The notes beneath the pieces were generated by a model, which saw nothing but the letters and a program-made list of their open reading frames with translations, ran no database searches and was not told the origin of the DNA. From Opitutales bacterium (GTDB lineage: Bacteria > Verrucomicrobiota > Verrucomicrobiia > Opitutales > UBA2987), in NCBI GenBank assembly GCA_965226885.1, contig CBDDEL010000016.1, forward strand, positions 768,001-832,000: a stretch of 64,000 nucleotides of DNA, in the 5' to 3' direction. Position numbers and translations under genes: made by a program. Shown here in pieces: positions 41,862-53,643 of the stretch; positions within the stretch are counted from its first letter, which is position 1, and each line of letters begins with the position of its first letter.

Positions 41862-43000
41862 GCCGAATAGATGTCCTTGAGGGGTTCTATGGCCGCGGAC
41901 GGTTCCTGCTTTGCGCCTTCCGTGTAAAAATACTGGCCAAATCGATTGTTGAGAAAATCAGCCAGGGAAACGGACTCCTGCCGGATGAAACCGGTCGAGG
42001 CGAGTCGCCCTTCGGCCTGCAGATCGACCACCGCGCAGATTCCCGCCGCGGTCGTTATCTGGATGGAGCTCCAATGTTCCCCGTGCACCTTGCGGTTATA
42101 AATTTTGCGGCCGTCGCTGACCTGCAAAAGTTGGCCGTTGATATGCCCGCTGACCGTGCAAAAGGTCAGCACCACATCCTGCAAGGTAATGGGAATCGCC
42201 TTCTCCAGAATGTCCTTCAGTATTTCCCTTCTCGCTCCCAGCCCGAGGCTTTCAATGAGGAAACGCATGAGATACTGGTGCCCTTGGTAGCGAACGGTTT
42301 TATAGTTAAGTTCCTTTACCTCGCCATCCAATGTATCGCAAAGGGTTCCCAAACCCCCGGATGTGTTAAAGGCCTCGTAATTGACTCCGTCGAGCGAAAA
42401 ACGCTCCAATCCACCCAATGGCACCATTTGAACCGGCTTGCCATCTGCAATGGCCTCGCAGGAATTGCAGTATTCATTGATCAATCCGTCTGTTGACCAA
42501 GTCAAATTATAGAGCATCATGTTGGAGGGAAATTGGGGAAGGGCCCCGACCCGCATTTTGACCTCCTGCAAACTCTCAAAACCGGCGCATAGATCGTTGG
42601 CTAGAATGCTGATGAAGCCCGGCGCCAAACCGCATTGAGGCATGAAGACCTGACCTTCGTGGGCTTGTTCGGCCAGCTCCATGACGGCATGCGAGGTGGC
42701 CACATCTTCAGTCAGGTCGAAGTAGCTGACTCCGGCGTTGAGGGCGGCCCTGGCAATGGAAGGATTGAGAAAATAGGGACAGGCCGACAAAACCCTCTCC
42801 CTCCCTTGCAGGCATTTGATCAATTTTCCTTCGTCCGTCACATCCAGATGTATAGTTTCGACGGGAAGGGCGTCCTTCAGGCGTTGCAGCGAGGCCTCGT
42901 CGGAATCGGCCACTGCGACTGTATAATCGCCGCTATGAAATAACAGTTTGGCAATCGCTCCGCCAATTTTACCGGAACCCAGAATGATTACGTTGCGCAT
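41858..43000 (-). CDS. Saccharopine dehydrogenase-family protein (probable lysine 6-dehydrogenase)
   Basis: GSGKIG Rossmann motif, YFDLTED, CGLAPG, WSTDGLINEY, EAFNTSGG, YKTVRYQGH. Confidence 0.85.
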   Translation of the reverse strand: MRNVIILGSGKIGGAIAKLLFHSGDYTVAVADSDEASLQRLKDALPVETIHLDVTDEGKLIKCLQGRERVLSACPYFLNPSIARAALNAGVSYFDLTEDVATSHAVMELAEQAHEGQVFMPQCGLAPGFISILANDLCAGFESLQEVKMRVGALPQFPSNMMLYNLTWSTDGLINEYCNSCEAIADGKPVQMVPLGGLERFSLDGVNYEAFNTSGGLGTLCDTLDGEVKELNYKTVRYQGHQYLMRFLIESLGLGARREILKDILEKAIPITLQDVVLTFCTVSGHINGQLLQVSDGRKIYNRKVHGEHWSSIQITTAAGICAVVDLQAEGRLASTGFIRQESVSLADFLNNRFGQYFYTEGAKQEPSAAIEPLKDIYSA

Positions 43001-43005
43001 GCGAC

Positions 43006-43837
43006 CTAACCTTTGCTGGACGCGGTGTGCGTGTCGGTTGACTCAAAAATTTTGTCCGCGCTGGCGGCTACGAAACCGTTATAGAGATGGCCATCGGCAT
43101 CGGCGTAGCGGAGGGCAAACTCGTAGTAGCAAGTGGGAATCTCATGCACCTGGCCGCCGGCAAATTCCACCGGCATGCGGTCGGCCATTGACGACCCCTG
43201 CTCCAGTAATACCTGGGGCGATCCTTTGACCCGACCACCCGATTGATTGACCGGTATACCCTGCTCCTCCACCACTTGCAGCACACCTTCAACTGTCGGG
43301 GTTTTCTTCAGGTGGTTGACGGCGATCGTAAAATGGTTGGCATGCAACCCGTGGGCGGCAAACCAGGCGGCGTATTCACTTTCTTCAAGCAGTAAGCCAT
43401 AGTCATCCCATGAAATCGGATCCCACAAGCGGCCGGCCCAAAGAACTTCCGGTCCCTCCACCCGGATGGGGTCAATCTGAGTGCAAATACCTTGCAGAAT
43501 TACCTTGCAGAATTTTTTGCGCGTCCACGCTGAGGGTGGAACAATCAAGGGCGCTCAGAAAAATCCTGGGCTGGGAAGGGTCTGGATGCAAATAACCCCA
43601 GGCATTCAATTTTTTTTCTTTGAAAACATAGGGCGCCAGGGGCTCGTAGCCGAGGGCCAGGATATGCTTTTGCAGCACTGGCAGGCGAATCAGATCCAGA
43701 TCGAGGGTCCGAAATGCGACGTGATCGTTGAGGACTTGCTCGCCTCTGTTTTCAAAAACAGATTTAAGCCGGGCGGCGCGGGGGGCCATCCCGATGTAGT
43801 CCTCCCAGAGACTTTGGAAGAAGATTTGAGTATTCAT
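43006..43837 (-). pseudogene. DUF1338 / HglS-like 2-oxoadipate dioxygenase-decarboxylase, frameshifted
   Basis: NDHVAFRT, SEYAAW, NHFT, LLEQ, YYEFALR; removing one 13-bp copy (43488-43513) restores a 272-aa frame. Confidence 0.85.
43488..43513. repeat. Perfect 13-bp tandem duplication
   Basis: TACCTTGCAGAAT x2; frameshifting. Confidence 0.95.
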
Positions 43838-43854
43838 GTAGTAATTTCCGATAA

Positions 43855-44493
43855 TTAAATCGAGTATTCAACCCCTATGTTGCGAAATGTGGATGAATCC
43901 CCGAAGGCCGAAGAAATACGCCGCCAAGGGTAGCTATGGAGAATCCGCCCGGGGGGTGGTATTTTTCCCTTAAACAATTCCCGATAGATTTCATTTTGCG
44001 GGGACTCGATACGCTTCATATCGAATCCGGCCGTTTTTATGGTTGTAAATCCGTAACGATAACAGGCAGCTAGCAGGGGGTAGGAAAACTTTTTTTCTTC
44101 CTCTAACAACCGGCGGCAATGACCTAAATAGAGCGTCCCCGCCGAAATATTTTTCTTCCAGTCCCAGGCATTGGACCACGGCTCATCTGAAACAACATTC
44201 CAGGCCCCTTTGCTCATCTGCATGATTCCTCGGGCATAACCGGTGTCGGCGTATGCATTGAGAGAACTCTCCGCCCTTAAAATGGCAAATACGAATAGCG
44301 GATCGAGCTGGTTGTGAAGGGCTTCGGCTCTCGCCACTGGCCAAACCAGGGTTGCCGGCAAAAATTTCGGGGCCCTTCGACAGCGCACAAAAATCAGAGC
44401 CGTTATAAAAAACAGCGACAAAATAATAAGGATGCCGCATCTATTTCTCAGACATCCCCGAAAATTTCCGAGCCTACCCATTGTATTTACCAT
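43855..44493 (-). CDS. Lytic transglycosylase (SLT domain)
   Basis: N-terminal TM; AILRAESS, ARGIMQM, NISAGTLYL. Confidence 0.8.
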   Translation of the reverse strand: MVNTMGRLGNFRGCLRNRCGILIILSLFFITALIFVRCRRAPKFLPATLVWPVARAEALHNQLDPLFVFAILRAESSLNAYADTGYARGIMQMSKGAWNVVSDEPWSNAWDWKKNISAGTLYLGHCRRLLEEEKKFSYPLLAACYRYGFTTIKTAGFDMKRIESPQNEIYRELFKGKIPPPGRILHSYPWRRISSAFGDSSTFRNIGVEYSI

Positions 44494-46614
44494 GTTCTCA
44501 TAAGGCCCATCTTCCTGTTTTGCAATCGGAGGAATTACGGGGAAAAACTCATCTCACCCCGGCGGCGAAGATTCGGAATTAATTTTTGGTTCCACTGGCC
44601 GACTTTCGTAGAGCTTCCCTAAAGTTTAATCCAGTCAGGAATTTTCCTGCTGAGGCAAAGCAATTGTATGTCCAATCCTGCAACATCAAGTGTCAGCATC
44701 TTCGGCACCGGCACAAGGCGCACGTCTTGGCCGCTGGCAGCCTGTGAGGATCATTCCCGATGAGCAAACCGGTCACTCAACAAAATATTGCCTTAAGCAA
44801 AGCCCATTTTCAGGTTGTGGAAGCGCTGCCCGGTATTGACGATATGAGCCGGTTCGCGGCTTACTGGCCGATGCTGCAACTTTGCCCTTTCCCCGCCTGG
44901 TTGTCCGATGAAAATGGCTGCCGGGTCTATTTCAATCAGGCATGGCTCGACCTGCGAGGCCAAACAGCGGATAGCGATTTAAACGACGGATGGGTAAATG
45001 GGATTCATCCCGATGATCTCGTGTCCTTGCTCAAGACCGATCTAAGAGCCCATGAAAAAGAGATTCCCTATGCTGCGGAGATACGTATCCATAATACTAA
45101 AGGCGATTATCGATGGATTTCAATCCCGGCATCACCCATCCAAGATTCCGACGGTTTGTTCATCGGCCTGACCGGTTTTTGCCTCGATATAACGAGCAGT
45201 AAGGAGACTGAGCAAGAACTGCTCATTAAGAAGAATCGCTACAAACTAGCCATTGAAAATACCGGGCTTGGCATTTGGGACTGGAATATCGCCACCGGTG
45301 AAATATACTTCAACCGCCGTTATGCCGAAATCCTCGGCTACGAGTACGACGAGATGGACAGGCAATTCCATTGCCTGGATCAATTCATTCACCCCGATGA
45401 CAAGGCGGAGGTATGGGAAAAACTCCAGCGGCATCTGGATGGCAAATCTCCCAGTTACGACTCGGAACATCGTCTCAAGACTAAATACGGCGATTGGGTC
45501 TGGATTCAGGACCGGGGCAAAGTGGTAGGCCGGGACGACAGCGGAAAACCCCTCCGCATGACGGGAACCCATCGCGACACCACCATGAGGAAGGAAATGG
45601 AAGAGTCCATGCAACGTCTCTCCCTGGTGGCCAGCCGTTCAAATACCGGCGTGGTCATTTCAAATGCGGATGGAGAGACCGAATGGGTCAATTTTGCCTT
45701 CGAGAAAATGTCAGGTTACGATCTTTACGATTTGGAGGGAAAAACAGCGGGAAACCTGTTACACGGCCCCGGCAGCGATCCCGAAGTCATCGCCTACATA
45801 GATCGATGCATAAAGGAGAAAAAAGAGTTTCATGCCGAAATTCTCAATTACCACAAAAGCGGCCAAACCTTTTGGGTGGACATAGACGCCACTCCCATTT
45901 TCGACAGAAGGGGTAAAGTTATACAGTTTATCGCCATCGAATCGGATATTACTTCCCGGAAAAAAGCCGAAGAAGAGATGAAAAAGGCGATTGAGGCAGC
46001 GGAGTCTGCCAACCAGGCAAAAAGCGATTTCCTGGCCAATATGAGCCACGAGATTCGCACTCCCATGAATGCCGTCATGGGCATGACCAGCCTGCTCATG
46101 GACACCGAGTTGACCGAGGATCAATTGGACTTCGCTCAGACCATCCAAAGCAGCAACGAGTCCCTTCTCAATATAATCAACGATATTCTGGATTTTTCCA
46201 AAATCGAATCCGGCAAACTGGACCTGGAGGACGTAGCCTTTAGCCTGACCTGCTGCGTCGAGGAGGCGATCGATCTATTCGGGTCGGCGGCCGCCGAGAA
46301 AGAACTGGAACTGCTCTGCCATATTGACGACAAAGCGCCGGAATACCTCATCGGCGATCCCACGCGATTGCGTCAAATTCTCATCAATTTATTGGGCAAT
46401 GCCATAAAATTTACCTCCCATGGAGAAATAGTAACCACCGTTACACTGGAAGAAATACAGAACGAAGACTATATTATACGGTTTTCCGTACGCGATACCG
46501 GAATCGGAATTCCCGAGCAGCGGCAAAGTATCATCTTCGAAGCCTTCACCCAGGTGGACGCCTCCACAACCCGTCAATACGGCGGATCAGGTCTGGGTTT
46601 GGTCATCTGCAAAA

Positions 46615-46672
46615 GGCTCAGCAATTTGATGGGGGGCGACATTGGCTCAGCAATTTGATGGGGGGCGACATT
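46615..46672. repeat. Perfect 29-bp tandem duplication
   Basis: GGCTCAGCAATTTGATGGGGGGCGACATT x2; frameshifting. Confidence 0.95.
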
Positions 46673-47449
46673 GGTTTAAAGAGTGAGGTAGGCAAAGGTA
46701 CCGAATTTTTCTTCACCGTGAAACTGAGCCCCGACAAATCGCCGCCCTCGCCTACTTTCCAGGCGGACTCGCTGTTTGGGAAACGAGCGCTGATCGTCGA
46801 TGACAACGCCACCAACCGGCAAATCCTTACTCTCCTCTTGAGCAAATGGGGTATCTACGCCGAAGAAGCCGAATCGGGTGTCGAAGCGATCGCCAAATTA
46901 GATCAAAGCGCGTCTTATGATGTGGCCATTCTGGACTGCCAAATGCCTCTCATGGACGGAATGGAACTAGCAGCCAAAATTCGCAAATCAAAATCTTACG
47001 GCAAGCTTCCTCTGATTATGCTTACCTCCATGACGCACCCCGATACGGAAAAACTACGCCAGAAACTGAATTTTTCCGCCTATTTGACCAAACCGGTTAA
47101 AAACCTCATATTATTGAATGCGTTGCGGCAAGCCCTGCAGGATTCTTCGACTCCAAATAGCTATAACGGTCGTGCCGGTTCACCTTTCCAAAACCTGCCT
47201 GCTTCGAAACAAAATTTCAGCCTGCTTTTAGCCGAGGATAGTCCGGTCAATCAAAAAGTCGCTCTTCTGCTGCTCAAACGCCTCGGCTACCGGGCTGATG
47301 TGGCCAATGACGGCGACGAGGTTTTGGACTTATTACAAAAAGTATCCTACGATGTTATCCTTATGGATGTGCAAATGCCCAATAAGGATGGCATTGAAAC
47401 CACGCGTATCCTTCGTCAAACTTTTTCTCAGGACCGCCAACCCTACATA

Positions 47450-50400
47450 GAGGCTGTCCCAAAAATATAAAGATTTTATAGTCAACTGGATGACGTTGAT
47501 AAAAAGAGCCGGAAAGAGCAAGTTTTTGCTCGATCCGGCCAAAAAAGGGTTCTATAATTGAGTTAGCGAAAATCAATATAGCCCTTTCTATGAAAAATAT
47601 AGCCATCCAATGCCTCCTGCGTCCAGCTTTAACTGTGGTCGACCGGTGCCTCGATTACGATAACTTCCGCGCCACCATTGATCGAATCGATCGGCTGCTG
47701 ATCGACTCGGAGGTGGAATCGCAGGCCATTGAGCTGGCCTTGGAGGGGTGGCCGCCAATGGGTCTAAAGGCCCGGCGGCAGCGGGCCAGTTTTGCCATCA
47801 AGGCACTGCGCATGGATACGCTGGGCCGTCTGCTCGGAGGGATTTCGTTTCGGCATTTGTCGCGGGCTCTGGGCAGCAGCGATCTGTTGGCCGACTTTTG
47901 CCGTGTCCGGCAGATCGATGGCATCAGGGGCATCTCCAAAAGCACCCTGGAGCGGGCCTCGAAGTTTTTCAGCGAAGAGCAGTTGAGGGCCTTGCACCGG
48001 ACCTTGACTGAGGTGGTGGGCGATGCCCTTCTGGCCCGGCAGGTGGGATTGGACAAGCCGATTGACACCACCATTTGCCTGATCGACGGCACCTGTTTGG
48101 AGGCTAACATTCATTGGCCGACGGACTGGGTATTATACCAAATCGCAAAAGGATTGATAAAGATTAAAAAACAGCTATAAAGGCGGAATGAGAAGATATA
48201 TGGGAACCGATGAAGACCGTGAACGTATCAAGAAATTGCTCAACAAAGAGGCTGTCGGCTGGCGTAAAGAGCGTTTGGTGGCATTAAAAATGGGCTTCCA
48301 GCCGCACCACAGCATTGATGAAATTGGAGCCATCGTGGGCCGAGGCAAAGCGACGATCCAGCGTTGGTTTGACAAATATCGTGCTGCAGGGCTCGGGGCG
48401 GTGCTTACACGCGCCTACAAAGGCGGGATCAAAAGCCGTTGCGACAAAGAGGTGGAGGCCTTCTTGCTCAATGGTTTGAAGGTCGCGCGCTGGAACACAG
48501 CCGTTCAGGCGGGGCAAGAGCTGGAGCGACATTTCGGGCGCTCCTTCGCCTACAAGACGGTGTGGCGATGGCTAAAAAAATGCGCCGGGGTGCTTCGAGT
48601 CCCTCGCCCCGTGCATGAGAAACGGGAATCGGCAAAAGCGGAAGCGTTCAAGCGAGACTTTTTTAAGATCCTCCAGGAGCTTTCCCTCACCCGAGGCAAT
48701 CGGGTTCGGGTGTGGTTTGCCGATGAAAGCCGTTTTGGTTTGCTTCCGGTGTACCGCCGGTGCTGGACGCAAAGAGGGCTTCGGCCGCACAAAAAATATC
48801 AGACAAGATACCAGTGGAGCTACTGTTACGGAGCCCTCGACGTGGTCAACGGCGAGATGGTATGCATCCAAACCCCTAGCACGAATCTACAGTGGACGGA
48901 GGCTTTCCTCCAACAGATCAAAAAGCAATATCCTGAGGAGGAACATGTGGTTGTATGGGACGGGGCAGGCTTCCATCCGCACGACTCGGAGCACCCCAAC
49001 GTCCCCCCGGGCATACATATCGTGAATTTGCCGCCGTATAGTCCTGAACTCAACCCGATTGAAAGACTTTGGGATATGATACAGGATCAAACGGCCAACA
49101 AACTGTGGCCGAGCATTGAGCGACTCGAAGAAGTCGTCGCAACCCATCTCAAAGACTGGTGGGAGGACACTGAAAAAGTCCTCTCTTTAGTTGGCGGAGG
49201 CTGGCAGCACATTCAAGCAAACGCTTCTGCCAAATAACTTATTATCATACCTAATGAGATTTGGTATTACTCAAGGATGTAGCCGGCACGTTGCTCAAAG
49301 CGATCCGGCTGATCCGCGAGAAGGCCGGTTTGCGCCATCGCATGCCGATCGAACCGGAGCCCTTGGCTCGGCAGATGAATCGGCTGTGCATACAGATGAC
49401 CCACAGCCGGCGGCGAAAGGACAGCGCGCGGCAGCGCAAGGGTATCTTGAGGCAGATGAAAAAGCTGCTCAAACGGATCGGGGAGCATGCCCGCAGTCAC
49501 CGGGAATTATTGCAAGCCTGCTGGGAGCAAAGCGATTACAGCGAAAAACAGGTCCAACAGATCCTCGCCCGGATGGAGCGCATGAGCGAGCAAATCCCGG
49601 TGGTCATCAAACAGGCGCACGAGCGGATCATTGGCGGCCGCCAGGTGAAAAACGCAGAGAAAGTCTTGAGTGTTTACGAACTCGATGGGCAGGTGATTGT
49701 GCGAGGTAAAGCGGGCCAAGAGGTCGAGTTCGGCAACACCCTGTTTTTGGGAGAAAGCGTTGAGGGGTACCTGCTGGACTGGAAACTCTACGGCAGCCGA
49801 ACTCCAAGCGAAAATGAACAAATGCAAGAGAGTTTGCAAAGACAGAACCGCTTCAACCTGGAAGAACCCATAGCGGCCATGTGCGCGGACCGGGGATTTG
49901 CCTCCCAGCGGGCCCGCCGGCAGTTAGCCCAGGAGGGAATCTACGACGCGCTCTGTCCACGCGATCCGAAGCAGTTGAAAAAACGGATGGAGGAACCACT
50001 GTTCAGGCAATTGCAAAAGCGCCGGGCCAGCACCGAAGGGCGGATCGGGGTATTGAAGAATCGCTGGCAGGCCGGGCGGTTGCGCAGCAAAGGCTTTGCC
50101 AACCGCTCGATCAGCGTAGCCTGGTCGGTACTCTCGCACAACCTATGGAAAGTAGCCAAGATGCTGGCCCAGCAAGACGAACTAAAAACCAAAGCGGCGG
50201 CCTAGAGAGCGGAAAAGCAAGGACAATACTTTTTCACAGCCGTACTGTCGGCTCATACAAAGAAAACCAGGCAACCGGACCCCAAAACCAGTATCCTAAC
50301 GTCATAGGAGAGCAAAGTTGATACTCTCCCAAATGCAAATACCTCTAAAATGAGCGCCTATCAAAAGCCCTCGCAAAAATCACCCTTTTGGGACAGCCTC
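47450..50400 (+). mobile_element. ISNCY-like element, copy 2, with a nested IS630
   Basis: IR GAGGCTGTCCCAAAA; 6-bp TSD TACATA (47444-47449 and 50401-50406); length 2951 = 1817 + 1131 + 3. Confidence 0.92.
48136..49266 (+). mobile_element. IS630-family element, copy 2 (transposase 48188-49237)
   Basis: Inserted in the ISNCY transposase gene; comparison with the uninterrupted copy 1 shows TTA duplicated. Confidence 0.95.
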
Positions 50401-50577
50401 TACATAATCGCTTTAACCGCCGCCGCTACCGTCAAGGATAAAAACCATTGCCTCAAAGCCGGTATGAACACTTTCATGAGCAAACCGATCAAAATTAAAG
50501 AACTGGCCATGGCGCTCAAAACGGCCCAGGAAGAAACTGCCCTCAAACAGCTGAATAGCATTTCCCATTCACCGGCA

Positions 50578-51623
50578 TCAGGATAAACCGGTAAAGCGCG
50601 AGGGCAATTCCCAGATAGCGCGGGTGTCCCTGATAATTTTTTGCAGCACCTCGGGTGTGACACTTTGCACCGGGTCGTCCCCGATGCCCCGGGCCGGGTC
50701 GATATGAGTTTCAATGATGAGGCCGTCCGCTCCGTAAGCCATGCCCGCCAGGCAGCAGGCGGGAACGTAAATAGCTCGGCCCACCGCATGGGAGGGATCG
50801 ATTATCACCGGAGCCCAGGTTTTCTGCTTGAGCAGCGGAGTTATGGATTCATCGGGATGGTTCCTGTAACCATCCAATCCCGGCATGGTCCCGCGCGGGC
50901 AGAAAAATAAATTCGGATTGCCATTGGAGACGATGTACTCGCCCGCAGAAATATATTCATCAATCGGGCCCATATGACGCCCTCTTTTAAGGAGAACGGC
51001 GGTGTTCGTGTCCGCAGTTTTCCTACCCACCTGTTTGAGCAAGGAATAATTGAGGGCGTTGCGAGTACCGATTTGCAGCATGTCGATTTTAGCTTCCAAG
51101 GCGATATCGATTTGCTCCTCGTCCATAACTTCGGTCACAATCGGCAGTCCCGTACGCGCTCTGGCCTCCAGTAAAGTATCGAGTGTTTTGATGTCTCCCT
51201 GATAGGAGTGGGGCGTCGTTCGCGGTTTCCACACCCCCCCCTGATGGCATGCGCGCCGGCCTCTTTAATGGCCTCGGCGGTCTCCAGCATATAATTCGGG
51301 TTTTTCGGGTCGATGGTGCAAAGCCCGGCGATAAATAAAGGCTCTTCCCCCACCTTGACGCCACCCAGGCTGCTGCGGTGCTTCGCCAGCTCGGAATGAA
51401 CATCCATCAATTTGTAAACGGTCTCCATGCGGTCCACCCGGTCGATGTAGGCGAGCCCCTTGATACGGTTGACCATCAATTCGCTACGCTCATCGCCTAT
51501 AATGGCGTAGATATTGCGATGGGCGCCGTAGATGACCTGAATCGAGCAGTCGAATTCTCCGACAATGGCTTCGACTTCCCGCAATTGATCTTCAGTAAGC
51601 TTGTTTTCTTTGGAAATAATCAT
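50578..51623 (-). pseudogene. aroF: Type I-beta DAHP synthase with N-terminal regulatory domain, frameshifted in a G homopolymer
   Basis: IAGLC, RGG|VWKPRT, QIGTRN, LLKRG, DPSH. G8 at 51234-51241; G9 would restore the frame. May be a sequencing error. Confidence 0.8.
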
Positions 51624-51744
51624 AGCTGTGGCATCCCATGGTAACGCGACCTTAACAAAGGGCCGGTTATAGCGTAGGTTGCAAATTTAACAACTCCATA
51701 AATTCTGGTCAGCAATTGCTTTTTTGCCGCTGCAACCTGTCCGC

Positions 51745-52893
51745 TCATCTATAATAAAAGGTAATACTGAATGGCTCTTCTACACTCAGAATGGCCACCA
51801 TTTCTTCCGTCCACGGTCCGAAGGGCGCCCGTGATTGAATAGAGTCCTGCGCGACCAGCGTGGCCACCCGGCTGGCTGTGGTGAAAGCGATAACCAAATT
51901 CTTGATTTCCCCCTCCCGCGTCAGTTTGAATTTCACCAGCACCATTGAATTCACCTCTGCTCGAGCCACCTGACTCTGGAAGGCCAGAATCTGAAATTGT
52001 GAACCGATGGCGTCGAACATGCGCGCCAGATAATCTCCGAAATCGGTGAATTTGGCGCTCACGGCGATATTGTCCATAACCGGGGCCCGCCCGGAGGATT
52101 GCATGATCGGCCCTGGAAGCACTGATGAGGCTACCCTCGGTCTGGGGCGGGGCTGCTGGGGTTGAGCCGCCAAAGTCTGCTCTGGGCTGGGCGGTTCCAC
52201 ATTGGGTTTGAGAAACTGTTCAACCGAAGTCACGGTTAACGGTATATCGCTGGCCCGCAAAGGATCTTCGACATCCGCTTCCCCCTTATTCGGCGCATCC
52301 GCCATGCTGGCAATCCCTTCCTCCGACAGCACCGTGTCCTGCTCAATGAAGTCCGGTGCCATTGGCTGAGGCGGGGGCAAGTAGGGAATCGATGGACTCT
52401 GCTGCTGCTCGACCGATTCCTGCTGCGCCAATGCCTCCGGAAAAGGCTGCGCATCCGAGTAGGTGCCATCGATTATTTTTGACGATTCTAATTCCTCGCC
52501 ATCAATGAAAGGCATATCGTCCGGGCCCGCATCCGACTCCTCCTTTTGTCCCGCCTGCTGGTCGCGATTGGAAATATTGGCCGTTTCATCGGGTTCATTG
52601 GTTGGCACATCCGGATTGGTCTCCACAAACCGCTGTTCCTGAGGCTCCGGCAGAGCGTCCTCATAAACATATTCCACCTCACGATCGCGACTAAGGGTGT
52701 GGTCGGCAATCAGGCTGCGCTTTATTTCCCAGGGAATCATCCAGAAAAGCATCAGGTGCAGAAAAAGCGTTACCGCCATGGCCCACCCAACGCCCCGCAA
52801 GTCCCCCCCCTCCAGTTTAGGGGAAGCCAGATAACGGGAAATATCAATCTCCCGCCGCTTCTGCTTAGGTGCTTTGGCCGTCGTCGCTCTCAT
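51745..52893 (-). CDS. TonB/TolA-like protein (TM anchor, Pro/acidic linker, C-terminal domain)
   Basis: TM segment with the motif TLFLH; long P/E/Q-rich linker; C-terminal VLVKFKLTREGEI...APFGPW. Confidence 0.6.
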   Translation of the reverse strand: MRATTAKAPKQKRREIDISRYLASPKLEGGDLRGVGWAMAVTLFLHLMLFWMIPWEIKRSLIADHTLSRDREVEYVYEDALPEPQEQRFVETNPDVPTNEPDETANISNRDQQAGQKEESDAGPDDMPFIDGEELESSKIIDGTYSDAQPFPEALAQQESVEQQQSPSIPYLPPPQPMAPDFIEQDTVLSEEGIASMADAPNKGEADVEDPLRASDIPLTVTSVEQFLKPNVEPPSPEQTLAAQPQQPRPRPRVASSVLPGPIMQSSGRAPVMDNIAVSAKFTDFGDYLARMFDAIGSQFQILAFQSQVARAEVNSMVLVKFKLTREGEIKNLVIAFTTASRVATLVAQDSIQSRAPFGPWTEEMVAILSVEEPFSITFYYR

Positions 52894-52958
52894 GAAAAAT
52901 GAATTCAGTAAAAATAAAGTAAATTTCGATTACTATAAATTAAAAACTATCCGTCTCA

Positions 52959-53591
52959 TCAAGCATCCAGTTTGCATCCAGTATCCGGCAACCTAAGCGC
53001 TTCCCAAAGCCCATGTTTTTGCAGTAATTCCGAAGTCTCCTCGACCGGCAGGCCCATCACGTTACTGAACGACCCTTCTAGATTTTCCAATATGATTTCC
53101 CTGCCCTCCTGAATACCGTAGGCCCCCGCCTTATCCAAAGGATCGACAATGCTCAAATAGCGGCTGATCCCCTCCTCGTCCAGTTGCCGGAAAGTGACTT
53201 CGCTGGTCACGCACAGAGTCTCGTCAATATTGCGCTCCCGAAATATCAGGCAAATACCGGTAAAAACCGTATGGGTGCGCCCGGAAAGCTGGCCCAACAT
53301 ACGCCGGGCATCCTCCAGATCGCCCGGCTTGTTCAAAATAACGCCATCCAAAGCCACCGTGGTATCCGCCCCCAGCACCGGGCAGTGGGCATGGGCTCCA
53401 TCCGCCACCACGAACTCGGTCTTCAAACGACAATTATGCAGCACCAGCGAACGCGGGTCGGCCCCCGCCTCAAACCATTCCTCCACCGCCGCCGGAACCA
53501 CCGCAAAGCGCAAACCCATCTCGTTGAGAAGATGCCGCCGCCGAGGCGAAGAAGAAGCCAACACCAATTGCAAATGTAAACGTGAATTCAT
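52959..53591 (-). CDS. maf: Maf-family nucleoside triphosphate pyrophosphatase
   Basis: LASSSPRRR, GADTTV, LSGRTHTV, DKAGAYGIQ, NVMGLP. Confidence 0.93.
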   Translation of the reverse strand: MNSRLHLQLVLASSSPRRRHLLNEMGLRFAVVPAAVEEWFEAGADPRSLVLHNCRLKTEFVVADGAHAHCPVLGADTTVALDGVILNKPGDLEDARRMLGQLSGRTHTVFTGICLIFRERNIDETLCVTSEVTFRQLDEEGISRYLSIVDPLDKAGAYGIQEGREIILENLEGSFSNVMGLPVEETSELLQKHGLWEALRLPDTGCKLDA

Positions 53592-53643
53592 CGAAATAAA
53601 ATCTCTCTAGTAAACGTGAATTCATCGAAATAAAATCTCTCTA
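53576..53643. repeat. Perfect 34-bp tandem duplication spanning the maf start
   Basis: GTAAACGTGAATTCATCGAAATAAAATCTCTCTA x2. Confidence 0.95.

Larger units (their letters stand above)
44760..50586 (+). pseudogene. Hybrid sensor kinase (3xPAS-HisKA-HATPase-REC-REC), broken by a 29-bp duplication and an IS insertion
   Basis: [35 protein letters not shown]; frameshift at 46615-46672; the second receiver ...QPY|IIALTA... is split by IS 47450-50400. Confidence 0.92.

Noticed and set aside
53576..53643. 34-bp and 29-bp direct repeats as CRISPR repeats
   Set aside because: Only two abutting copies each, with no spacers and no cas genes; each unit is local gene sequence.
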